From Macrostomum lignano (Eukaryota), in contig NIVC01002603.1 in NCBI GenBank assembly GCA_002269645.1, forward strand, positions 1-64,000: 64,000 nucleotides of DNA, read 5' to 3'. A program made the translations under genes and the position numbers. Position 1 is the stretch's first letter; each line of letters begins with the position of its first letter. The notes under the pieces were generated by a model. It searched no databases, was not told where the DNA came from, and worked only from the letters and a program-made list of their open reading frames with translations. Of the stretch, positions 23,929 to 35,800 are shown in pieces.

Positions 23929-26900
23929 TCAGGGTCCCTCTGTAGGCAGTTGAACCAACAGCCTGACAGCCTTCAGAGAATTCTTGTTGCCATGCACACT
24001 GTACCAGTGCACGGCCTTGGGAAAGTTGTCAACCTGGCCCGAGGTCATCCAGCCGTTCGGGTTAACGTTAGAGCAGCCGCGAAACCACCAGCCGGCGGCG
24101 CCGTGATAGATGAGGCTGCAGGATCCGCCGAAATTGTCATTGTCCCTGTCCATTGTTGAGAACTTTTCGCCTCTGCAGAGTCCCAGAGAATCTCCGGTGA
24201 CGTTCGAATTGGCGCTGAGAAATCCGGCATAGTCCATTGTGTACTGCGTGCGGGCGTTCACGACGAATCCCGAATACTCGGCCGAGAACATGGCGTCGGA
24301 CCAGTCAAAGAGTTCGGCTCTTAGAGTGCTGTTGGACAGAGATGTTATCAGGCTGAGCAGTTCGAGACCTGACAACCAGTGCGGAAACACGAGCTCTGAC
24401 TGAGTAGTGTCACAAGAGCAATGTGATCAAAATTAATTTGACATGGACATTGTGACAAGGATATTGTGACCATTATAGTAATAAATAATAATAATACGAG
24501 AAATAATTGATTAGACCTGCCCTTATGAGCAGATGTGCAACCGACAGCTCAGCCGCAGCTATACAGCTGCGTACGGCTGTTCAGTCCAAGGACTGGGAGG
24601 TCGCCACACACCCTCAATTACCCCAGCTAATGCTGGCACCCATTTTACAGCTGGGTGAGCTGAAGCAATGCAGAGTTAAAAGTCTTGCTCAAGGCGTTAG
24701 TGTCTTAGTCAAGGATCCACAAATTGTTCCCGTGGGATCGGGAATCGAACCCCCGACCTTCAAGTCGGGTATTGTGGTGACCAAAGTGACCATAGTAATA
24801 AAACAACAGTAATATGTGCATCAGAAACAGCGAGAACTACCTCAAGAAAACCAATGGAATCCGACCAACAAAATCCTTACCAATCCAGAAGTTGTCCTCA
24901 TCTCCAAAGCCGCTCACATAGTCCGGCCAGGGTCGGCTGAAATTTACCGAGTCGGTCAGGCGCTGCTGAAAGACGCAGAACAGCTTCGAACCTCGGCACA
25001 CTTTGCGACAGGCAGACAGTCGGGCATCTGTTCGAAAAAAGTTTATTGTTGCTGCAGAGCGATAGGGTGGAGGCCTAACGCTCTACCAAGCTACTCTACC
25101 GAGCTACTCTGCCAAGCTAGTCTACCGAGCTTCTCTACCAAGCTACTCTACCGAGCTACTCTACCAAGCTACTCTACCGAGCTACTCTACCGAGCTACTC
25201 TACCGAGCTACTCTACCGAGCTTCTCTACCAAGCTACTCTACCGAGTTACTCTACCAAGCTACTCTACCGAGCTACTCTATCGAGCTACTCTACCGAGCT
25301 TCTCTACTAAGCTACTCTACCGAGCTACTCTACCAAGCTACTCTACCGAGCTACTCTACCGAGCTACTCTACCGAGCTACTCTACCGAGCTACTCTACCG
25401 AGCTACTCTACCGAGCTACTCTACCGAGCTACTCTACCGAGCTTCTCTACCAAGCTACTCTACCGAGTTACTCTACCAAGCTACTCTACCGAGCTACTCT
25501 ATCGAGCTACTCTACCGAGCTACTCTACCGAGCTACTCTACCGAGCTACTCTACCGAGCTTCTCTACCGAGTTACTCTACCAAGCTACTCTACCGAGCTA
25601 CTCTACCGAGTTACTCTACCGAGCTACTCTACCGAGCTACTCTACCGAGTTACTCTACCGAGTTACTCTACCGAGTTACTCTACCGAGTTACTCTACCAA
25701 GCTACTCTACCGAGTTACTCTACCGAGTTACTCTACCGAGTTACTCTACCGAGTTACTCTACCGAGTTACTCTACCAAGCTACTCTACCGAGTTACTCTA
25801 CCAAGCTACTCTACCAAGCTACTCTACCGAGTTACTCTACCAAGCTACTCTACCAAGCTACTCTACCGAGTTACTCTACCGAGTTACTCTACCGAGATAC
25901 TCTACCGAGTTACTCTACCAAGTTACTCTACCAAGCTACTCTACCAAGCTACTCTACCGAGTTACTCTACCGAGATACTCTACCGAGTTACTCTACCAAG
26001 CTACTCTACCAAGCTACTCTACCAAGCTACTCTGTTCACTGGCATCCAATATATTTGTACTGTTTATCCCTACTTTGACCCAAATTCTATCCAGTTCGTG
26101 CGCTATCCCCGCTTGTGAAGGCGTAAACAAGTTATTGTGAGGTTTTGAGAATTTGCGATAAATTTATTGGTTTCTAAAGTGCCCCATCTATCATGTGTCT
26201 GAGTACAGACCTGCAAACTCAAAGCTATTGGAAGTTGACGCCTTGGTGAGCAAACTTAACCATTGTAACATTATTTCTGCAGCTTTCCAGCTGACTTAAA
26301 TTGCACCTTTTTAAAGTAAATTTAGCCATTCTTACACACTACATCCGCAGTGCTCATGGTTACGACACAGGGGGGGGCTCTAGCACTGGGGTTGATGTTG
26401 ACTCACTGTCAGTGAGAGACACAGTTTCACTCACTGATGATACAGCTGCAGTTTTTTTGCAGTACCTAAGGGTATCGTTGCATTTTCACTTTACTCACTT
26501 TGTTATATTCACTGGGGGCTTCGGACTCATGGGGAAGTTTGATTTCATTGTTTTTAAATATTAAACCGACAAGAACGGTTGAAAATGGTTGATTAAGGCT
26601 GCTGTTTTGGGTAAATTGAGGCATTGCGGCAGCCAAAATCAACAGAGTGCCCGTCATTACAAGTAATTTTGCAAAGCAGGCTTCTTTGACAATACATCCA
26701 GGGGGGATCAGCAGTGGGGAGGCCTCTTCTGCCTCTCCGGTGTTGAGAATGCGGAGCACTTCATCTGTGACTGCCCCGCCTCTACTCAGGACAGGCTCAC
26801 CTACCAAGGCCCAAAACTGAGAATCTTTGTCAGTTCGTCCGCTACCCAAGGGCTACCGGGCGAGCGACCATCCACCTTCTGGATTCTCCGGAGGGGGACC

Positions 26901-28655
26901 GCACTGCGGACACCGGCACCACCGGAACTCCCTGCGCAGCACCAGCTGCCCGTGGTCGCCAGGGGTTAGCGGGAATGGGCGCACAACGCCTCCCGGCTGT
27001 ACGAGTATCAAGAAACGAGCCACAAAGTGTCCATGAACCCAGAGGGTGTCCAATCCGGAATGTCTCACCGGCTTTGTGATGCGTCATGCCTTGCGCTCGA
27101 CTCGACAGGCTGCAAACGCCAGCTTGCGAATCGAAACGCAGGTAGCCGCAGGCGTCTCGCATGGCGCACAGAATCGAGCAGGTCGTCTGGCTGTCCGCTG
27201 GCAGTTCGATGGAGAGATTTTCACCAGCAGCCAAGACGCTGGCCGATGGAGCGGGCGGACAGCTGGCCTCGAACGGCTCGAAGCGTTGCGAGGCTGATGG
27301 GATGTTTAATGACGCTGATGTTTAATATTTACTATACAGAATCTTTTAATGGTCTCTCCCGCAGGAGTTGCCTCATTCCAACCTTTGCTCAACATAAAGT
27401 ATGCTAAAACGGCCTTTTTGAGGCTCCAACATTAAGTTTTCTAAAACGGTCCTTTTAAGGGCCTAACACAAGGTATACTTAAACGGCCCTTTAAAGGGCG
27501 TGGTATTATATGCAAAAATATTTTACTTCTTTAATTCTGCTTTTTCTAGTCTAACTATACTTTTTTGCGATTGAATTCGTCCAAACTGCAAAACCTTTCG
27601 TCCACAAATGCTTTCTTAATGGGAGCTAAATTTAGATCATACCATAGACAACTGTGTTCACGCAAAACGGTTCATCCAGTTTGTAAAACATTTCGTCCCC
27701 TAGACTAGAGACCGAGTGTACTGTTCCTACCATAGTTAACACCCAATTGACAGTTCGCTTTTGCTACCACTACAGCTACAGCTACATTTTGAAGAGAGAG
27801 GTCGAAGCTGCACTGCACGTGATTACACAGGAGAAGTGCCAGCAATGGACCAATCACACTGTGGGTTACTACGGCCGCTGTTTGGCCTACGAAGACATTT
27901 TGAACTAACATTCTAACAAGAGACACTGTTTTTGCTTTGTTCAATATCTCGTGATATCAAATAAAGTCGCTCCGTTTAGCTGTTAGCTGTTTGGACGTAG
28001 GGTTTAGACGAAATGTTTTACAGACTGGATGAACCGTTTTGCGTGAACACAGTTGTCTATGGTATAATCTAAATTTAGCTCCCATTAAGAAAGCATTTGT
28101 GGACGAAAGGTTTTGCAGTTTGGACGAATTCAATCGCAGAAAAGTATAATTGTTAAAGTATAATGCCCTACGCTATTTTTCCGATATGGTTTTTCTGTTT
28201 TATGTTCCAGTTAAAGTGAGGTTTTCTATGGCCAAACCTACGAGTATTTTGGCAGACAGAAAGGAGACAACGTGAAAGAACTGAAATTTGACATTGTTTA
28301 GCAATTTGACGATCATTATTCACATTTTTAATGCAGAACAATCCATTACTACAAACAATGCATTGTCTGTAGGATCGTCAAACAGAAAAACAATGCAAAG
28401 AATCAGCGGTCCCAGTGCGTGACAACGATTGTCTATGGCTCGCGCCGCTGATTATTTATCCATTGTCACTCACAATTTCACAACACTTTCCCTACAATAG
28501 TCTAGGAGGCTTTGAATTGAGAAAAAATGAGCAAGTCGCAGAAGCCTCAGCTCACCTGAGCCTGGGGCACAGCCGGGAGTCTCAATAGCCGCGACGGTGC
28601 CAGCATGCAGCAGAGCAGTCAGTAAAATCCAGCAAGGCCATCCGGCAGCAGACAT
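23929..28655 (-). CDS. Secreted PAN/Apple + FReD protein, copy C (probable; PAN-exon donor uncertain)
   Basis: Exon 28655-28556 (MSAAGWPCWILLTALLHAGTVAA). PAN exon starts at 27293 (SQTTCSILCAMRDACGYLRFDSQAGVCSL), with a weak phase-1 donor candidate GTACAG near 27001. FReD exons 25027-24881 (QQRLTDSVNFSRPWPDYVSGFGDEDNFWIG) and 24368-23929 (FSTMDRDND, GWWFRGC). Confidence 0.7.
24480..24775 (-). mobile_element. CORE-type SINE family 2, copy with rearranged/truncated head
   Basis: Matches 53345-53588; retains GGTTCGATTCC and CTGTAAAATGGG. Confidence 0.7.
25080..26030. repeat. 13-bp minisatellite (CTACTCTACCGAG)n in an intron of gene C
   Basis: Read directly. Confidence 0.95.
27556..28148. mobile_element. 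MITE-like element with ~142-bp terminal inverted repeats
   Basis: Arms 27556-27697 and 28007-28148 are near-perfect reverse complements with a ~310-bp non-coding core; both ends TATA, compatible with a TA target site. Confidence 0.75.
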
Positions 28656-29289
28656 GCTGAATTTGTTGGGGAATTGCCACTGGAAGTTTTGCTTCAGAGG
28701 TCCGGAGGTGAGCAGCTCTCCTCACCGTTTCCATGCAACATATTTATGGCAGTTCTGAGGAAAGGAAGTGTCATCCATGCATTTAATTGGCTGGCTGCAG
28801 ACTTTGGAGTGAGCTGCACTTTTTAGAAGATGGCGATTCGTCTGTGTTGGATCTTACATTAACCCTGCGCCATTAGTCACAGCTCACCCTGGTTGTTGAA
28901 ACCGGTTGAACAATGGTAGGCTTTTTAACCCTATTGCGAAAAACCGGCCTACGCAAAAATTCAAAGACCTTAAAATTTTTTAAATAAGTTTACATCGAAT
29001 TGAAAAGTACTTTTATGTTAGTGCTTGATTGTAATTAGATGCATTCAAATATATATTCAGCTTCCAAATTTCAGCAATGTATTTCTCATTTTTTTATTTG
29101 TGGCAAAAAAATTGTGTCAATAACCGGTTAAATAGCATATTAGATCGACATTGAAGCTGAGTTCGGGCCATACGTCTCAAAATGCTATTTAAAAGCATCA
29201 TAAGATTTATGCGTTTATCTTCGTAAAGACGTACAGGCAGGAATAATGCACGCATGTCGCCTCATTTCCCAGCTCTGCACAGTCAGTCA

Positions 29290-29900
29290 TCTGACACCCC
29301 AACCCCAATTAGTCATTCACCTGATACCCCAACCCCAATTAGTCATTCACCTGATACCCAAACCCTAATTAGTCATTCACCTGATACCCAAACCCTAATT
29401 AGTCATTCACCTGATACGCAAACCCTAATTAGTCATTTACCTGATACCCAAACCCCAATTAGTCATTTACCTGATACCCCAACCCCAATTAGTCATTTAC
29501 CTGATACCCAAACCCCAATTAGTCATTTACCTGATACCCAAACCCTAATTAGTCATTTACCTGATACGCAAACCCTAATTAGTCATTTACCTGACACCCA
29601 AACCCCAATTAGTCATTTACCTGATACGCAAACCCTAATTAGTCATTTACCTGACACCCAAACCCCAATTAGTCATTTACCTGATACCCCAACCCCAATT
29701 AGTTATTTACCTGATACCCCAACCCCAATTAGTCATTCACCTGACATCGCATTCCTAATTACTCAGTCACCTGACACCCAAACCCCAATTAGTCATTTAC
29801 CTGATACCCCAACCCCAATTAGTCATTTACCTGATACCCAAACCCTAATTAGTCATTTACCTGATACGCAAACCCTAATTACTCAGTCACCTGACGCTCA
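29290..29900. repeat. 30-bp minisatellite (ATTAGTCATTTACCTGATACCCAAACCCCA)n
   Basis: Read directly. Confidence 0.95.
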
Positions 29901-30623
29901 ACTCTCATAGTTAAGTCAGGCGTCGCTCTGATCACAAGCCTCGTCCAAGCCTCCTGGAGGCGCTGGTACACCCTGGTGTAGCCGCCGCTCACGTCAGCCA
30001 CGTCGATCAGGGCCAGGGCGGCGCGTAGCTCGGCACAGACGACCTAATCGTCGGCTGCTCCAGCATTAGCTTCGGCTGTTGGCGCGGCTGTTCAGGCGGA
30101 ATCTCGCCATAGAGTCGGGCATCGACTGACGACCATCGTCGCTGACGCACTGCACCATCGACTCGGAGACGCTGCGCATCTCCAGTGAGTCAATCGCCCA
30201 TCGACGGTTCCGAACGGCGACCTTCGATTGTTCTGGGGGGGGGGGGGTGAAGGATATGACTGCTTTTGACAAAGAAGCAGACCCAATGTTCATATTTTGA
30301 TATGTCTGCCTTTCTTATAGCTCTATTGCTATTCATACACCTTATGTTTAGAAACTTAGGATTCTATGTTGACTTTATATCCTACTTTTACATGTCCTGT
30401 GCCGAAAAAGTCTTTAAAAATGGCACAATTCGACTTATTGGTTTTATGATTCTGCTTCACATTTTGTTACTCGGTCATTAACTCATTCACAGTAATTACA
30501 CAGTCAGCGTCGTGTATGCCTTCCAGGCACCGCAGGCAGAAGATGTGCAGGAATGTCGAACTTGCCGAAGCAGACACTGCACGTCAGAGCCGCGTAGGGG
30601 TCAGTGTTGAGTAGCCTGGCCAT
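29900..30623 (-). pseudogene. Decayed RING-HC paralog, divergent from the 30985 gene
   Basis: MARLLNTDPYAALTCSVCF, then a frameshifting deletion that removes Cys3, then LHIFCLRCLE in another frame. Downstream VRNRRWAIDSLEMRSVSESM resembles LNRRKQWAENQLQVRTLAANL of the intact gene. Confidence 0.7.
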
Positions 30624-30984
30624 GTCAGCTGCTTTCGGGGTAACTGTGTAAAACAAAAACTGAGCTCTGCGCGACTCTGGGTAAACTCGAGCAAGCGAGT
30701 ACGTTTTTGTCTGAATGCGTTTATTGTTGTTATCTTAGCTGTGTGCGCGGTTGGCAGTCAGTGGCCCAGATAATTACTCGCAGATAAGGCACAGATTCGG
30801 TAGAAGACGACAACAGCGACAAGCTTGAAGTGGCTTTGTACTTGGAGTATAGTGTACGCACGCCAGAGCTTGCGTTTTGCGTACGAAAATTGCAAAATGA
30901 AATAAAAGCAAGCGGACATTCAAGCCTAATGTGGCGCTTTCGCAAAGTATTTTCCCAAGCGACTCTCTTTAAACAGTAATTCGA

Positions 30985-31743
30985 ATGGCCAGAGCGAGTG
31001 ACGAGTTTGACAGCTCGCTCACCGAATGCGGAATCTGCTGTGAGGAGATGAAAGACCCCAGGGCGTTGCCCTGCCTGCACTCATACTGCCTGGGCTGTCT
31101 GCAGGAGGTCTATCGCAGATCTGGCACACTCTGCTGTCCGGAGTGCCGCAAGGTGACCAACCAACAACCTGACCAGCTGACCAAGGACTTTCGAGTTGAG
31201 CAGCTGAGAGCCCTGTTTAATGCTGGACGAGTCCAGATAGCCCAAGAGGGAGCCAAACTGGCTAAAAGGATTCTACTTGAAGTGGACAGCAAAGCCGATC
31301 TGGAGCGGACGATCAGCGTTTGCGATTTGGAGCTGCAAATATGCCGATTTAAGCAGGAGAAGACGATCGCATCGCTAGGCAGCGCAATGGAGCTCCTCAC
31401 TGACCAGGTGGGGAACTGGGCCAACAAGCAGGTGTCCTACCTGAATAGGAGAAAACAATGGGCAGAGAACCAGCTCCAGGTTAGAACCCTGGCCGCTAAC
31501 TTGCTGGCCGCAGAGAGACTGGGCAATCTGGACAGCGCCTGTGAGAGCTGCAAGCGGCTGCGGTCGATCCCATGCCATGAGGCACCGCCAACATTGGATC
31601 AGCTGGCGTTTCTCCAGCCTGATGATCGTCTGATGAGGCTCTATGCTCAAGTGAAAAGCCTAATTGAGCCATGTGGTCTGCAGGACAAAGTAAAGCTGCT
31701 CAGCCTCTTTCTAGAGGAGGAGTTCAAGGCTAGCAAGGATTAG
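30985..31743 (+). CDS. Intronless TRIM-type RING-HC (C3HC4) + helical/coiled-coil protein, 252 aa, no B-box; probable E3 ligase
   Basis: CGICCEEMKDPRALPCLHSYCLGCL...CPECR. Confidence 0.9.
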   Translation: MARASDEFDSSLTECGICCEEMKDPRALPCLHSYCLGCLQEVYRRSGTLCCPECRKVTNQQPDQLTKDFRVEQLRALFNAGRVQIAQEGAKLAKRILLEVDSKADLERTISVCDLELQICRFKQEKTIASLGSAMELLTDQVGNWANKQVSYLNRRKQWAENQLQVRTLAANLLAAERLGNLDSACESCKRLRSIPCHEAPPTLDQLAFLQPDDRLMRLYAQVKSLIEPCGLQDKVKLLSLFLEEEFKASKD

Positions 31744-31769
31744 GGATAATGGTGGGGACTCAGGGAGAT

Positions 31770-31890
31770 TCTCAGGAAGACTGAGGGAGCAGAGAGACAG
31801 GTTCAGGGAGACTGAGGCAGCAGAGAGACAGGTTCAGGGAGACTGGGGCAGCAGAGAGACAGGTTCAGGGAGACTGGGGAGCAGAGAGGC
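31770..31890. repeat. ~31-bp tandem repeat, 3-4 copies
   Basis: GAGACTG(A/G)GGCAGCAGAGAGACAGGTTCAGG. Confidence 0.8.
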
Positions 31891-32454
31891 CCAGGTTTAA
31901 GAATAATTATATGGATGAGAGAGCTGCAAAACTTATCGAGAAAGCAAGCAGGACAAATTTCTATTTGTGCTCTTTTGGTACGCTTTAATCAGTAAAACAA
32001 ATATTTATCCAATTTTTCAGTTTACTAGTAGTAGCAAAGCAACGTTTTTATGGCTTTGATAGTTTTTAGTTTAGAAAAATTGACATATTTATTCCCTCTG
32101 ATGCTAAACTATTCAAAGCAATAACCTCGCCTCGTGCCTTATTAATGTTAGTAATAAATACGAGCGATTGCTTTAAGTACGAAAATGTAGTGTCTTTTTT
32201 ATTTTTTTGTGCAGAAATCTTATTTTGGATAGCTGGCCTGTGTATCGGGTGAACTGCTCAAGTAATGAGCGAGCCTAGCTTGAGAAAACAAACAGACAAA
32301 AATAGCCGAGTGGATCGAAGTCAGACCTGGATCCGTGGCGCATGAATATTTGTTTTTGTGTTCTAAACAAAACTTAGGGATGTTGCTCGCATCAGTGAGT
32401 CATATTATACTAGGTGAGGCCATATTGTAACAGGCGAGGCCATGCTATTGAAGT

Positions 32455-32755
32455 CCCAATTAGTCAGTCACCTGAAACATTGAACTTATAAATTGATCAG
32501 TCACCTGACACATCAAATACCCAATTAGTCAGTCACCTGACACATCAAATTCCCAATTAGTCAGTCACCTGACACATCAAATACCCAATTAGTCAGTCAC
32601 CTGACACATCAAATACCCAATTAGTCAGCCACCTGACACATCAAATACCCAATTAGTCAGTCACCTGACACATCAAATACCCAATTAGTCAGTCACCTGA
32701 CACATCAAATACCCAATTAGTCAGTCACCTGACACATCAAATACCCAATTAGTCA
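32455..32755. repeat. 32-bp minisatellite related to the 30-bp one at 29.3 kb
   Basis: CCAATTAGTCAGTCACCTGACACATCAAATAC. Confidence 0.95.
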
Positions 32756-32807
32756 ATGACAGTTTTGCTCTACTTGCAGCGGCCCTTCTCCAGCAGCGGC
32801 TTTGGAG

Positions 32808-35800
32808 TCACTGCGAGCTGGTACTGTCGGAGCCGCGGTTCCGCCGGCACCCCAGCTGAGCCCTGAACGCTGGCACCCGGATGCAGTAGATCAGCCAGTT
32901 CAGCGAGCTGTTGATGAAGAACAGGTAATTGAAGTTGTTAGCCAGCGAGAACAGAAGCTGCTGGAAGGTCGGATCGGCGCGCCGCTCCTCGTCGCGGGTG
33001 TACAGCGTGAAGTGCCAGGTGTAGGCCACCACCCGCGGCACCGAGGCGGCGAGGTGTACGAAGGCGAGGATCACCAAGGTGACGCTGCTTCGAAGCTCGC
33101 CGCTGCTTGGCCCGCTGTCGCTGCCGGTGAGGCGGGCTTTGTCGAAGTGAATCTTGCGGATCCGAGTGCACAGGTAGATGTTGGCCGAGGCGAGACAGAC
33201 CCCGGCCAGCAGGCCATTCATCACCACGTTGGTGTACACCTGGACGGCCATGTTGACTGCCGGACTGACCGTCAGGGCCACGTAGCAATAGCGAGACCCG
33301 AAGTACTCGTAGGCGTCGTACACCAGCACGCCGTGGACAGCGATGACGGCGAAGGCTAGGACGAATGCGGCTACGGTGACTGAGTACCTGAGGTTGGGCG
33401 ATGGGGCTTGCCGATATTGCTAGGGAATGATTAACAAAGGGGAACTGTTGCTCCTCAGTGGAAGGTTTGAAGAAGATTAAATGGCGCACTTTAAGCGACA
33501 TTTATCACAAAACCACCGAGAGGGATTGCTGCCCATTCCGCCGACTCCCCTGGGCGGGCACACAAGAGTACAGGCACACAATCCCACAGGAGTGTACAGC
33601 GGCCCTAACTTTATATTATCGTTAGGCATGTACACTTCACTGTGCCTTGGAGGTTGGCCTTCGAAGACGTTAATTGCACGAGCAGAGCCAAGCCGAGATT
33701 TCAATTTAGCTTCAAATGAATGTGACTGCACTGGGAATCGAGCCTGGGCCGCTGGCACATCAGAGCGCCGTGCCAGAAACACTGGGCTACGGCCTTCGTT
33801 TGAAGTGAACAGTGGCGCTTCACTATGCTATAAGCTTTAAAAGAAGAAATTACGATTAATCAAGTCTGCACCTGGTCCTCGTCATGTGCACCCGGTGGTG
33901 CATAGGCCAGCTCAACGCGTAGACTCGGTCGGCGGCCAGCAGGCACAGAAAGTTGGACGACAGACTGTTGCTGAGGATCCAGAAGAAGGACCACAGCTGG
34001 CAAACCCAGCCCAGCTGCACCTGCGGCATCTGGAGGCCCAGGCCGGAGCTCAGAAACTCGCGAGAGAGCAGCCTGAGGGTTGAGGGAATGCAATCGAGTT
34101 GGTGAATGAATGAATGAATGAATGAATGAATGACTGAATGAATGAATGAATGAATGAATGAATGAATGAATGAATGAATGAATGAATGAATGAATGAATG
34201 AATGAATGAATGAATGAATGAATGAATGAATGAATAAATGAATGAATAAATGAATGAGTGAATGACTGACTGAATGAATGAATAAATGAATGAATAAATG
34301 AATGAGTGAATGAATGAATGACTGACTGAATGAATGAATGAATGAATGAATGAATGAATGAATGAGTGAATGACTGACTGAATGAATAAATGAATGAATG
34401 ACTGACTGAATGAATGAATGAATGAGTGAATGACTGACTGAATGAATGAATAAATAAATGAATGAATGAATGAATGAATGAATGAATGAGTGAATGACTG
34501 ACTGAATGAATGAATGAATGAATGAATGAACGAATGAATGAATGAATGAATGAATGAATGAATGAATGAATGAATGAATAAATGAATGAATAAATGAATG
34601 AGTGAATGAATGACTGACTGAATGAATGAATGAATGAATGAATGAATGAATGAATGAATGAGTGAATGACTGAATGAATGAATGAATGAATGAATGAATG
34701 AATGAATGAATGAATGAATGAATGAGTGAGTGAATGACTGACTGACTGAATGAATGAATGAATGACTGACTGAATGAATGAATGAATGACTGACTGAATG
34801 AATGAATGAATGATTGAATGAATGAATGAATAAATAAATGAATGAATGAATGAGTGAATGAGTGAATGAATGACTGACTGAATGAATGAATGAATGAATG
34901 AATGAATGAATGAATGAATGAATGAATGATTGAATGAATGAATAAATAAATGAATGAATGAATGAATGAATGAATAAATGAATGAATGAATGAATGAATG
35001 AATGAATGAATGAATGAATGAATGAATGAATGAATGAATGAATGACTGACTGAATGAATAAATGAATGAATGACTGACTGAATGAATGAATGAATGAGTG
35101 AATGACTGACTGAATGAATGAATAAATAAATGAATGAATGAATGAATGAATGAATGAATGAGTGGATGACTGACTGAATGAATGAATGAATGAATGAATG
35201 AACGAATGAATGAATGAATGAACGAATGAATGAATGAATGAATGAATGAATGAATGAATGAATGAATGAATGAGTGAATGACTGACTGAATGAATGAATA
35301 AATAAATGATTGAATGAATGAATGAATGAATGAATGAATGAATGAATGACTGACTGAATGAATGAATGAATGAATGAATGAATGAATGAATGAATGAATG
35401 AATGAATGAATGAATGAACAAATGAATGAATGAACGAATGAATTAACGAATGAATGAATGAATGAATGAATGAATGAATGAATGATTGAATGAATGAATA
35501 AATAAATAAATGAATGAATGAAGGAAGAAAGGAATGAATGAATGAATGAATGAATGAAGAAATGAAGAAATTAATAAAAGCATGAGCGAACAGAAAGCTT
35601 GATATATCCCGAAATATTTTACAAAAGTACAGCGAGAGCTTGTTTTACTTAGAAAATGATTGCTATTAAATGTAATTACTTTCGCAGTAATTATTTCTTT
35701 CTGACAAAAAATCGATATAATGATCTGATGATCTGAAATAAAAATGAGAAGCCCTTTGGTTGGCAGATAGATTAGGTTCACACAGGGACTGATTTCAATT

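Noticed and set aside
31619-31660. Hammerhead-like CTGATGA...GAAA
   Set aside because: No stem II pairing or flanking stems; it lies inside the RING CDS.
32802-33359. 185-aa plus-strand ORF (similarly 23749-24159, 52706-53182, 57115-57486)
   Set aside because: Antisense shadows of GC-rich exons on the minus strand.
33856-35421. 521-aa SFIH-repeat ORF
   Set aside because: (GAAT)n intron sequence; only the last ~67 codons are a real GPCR exon.
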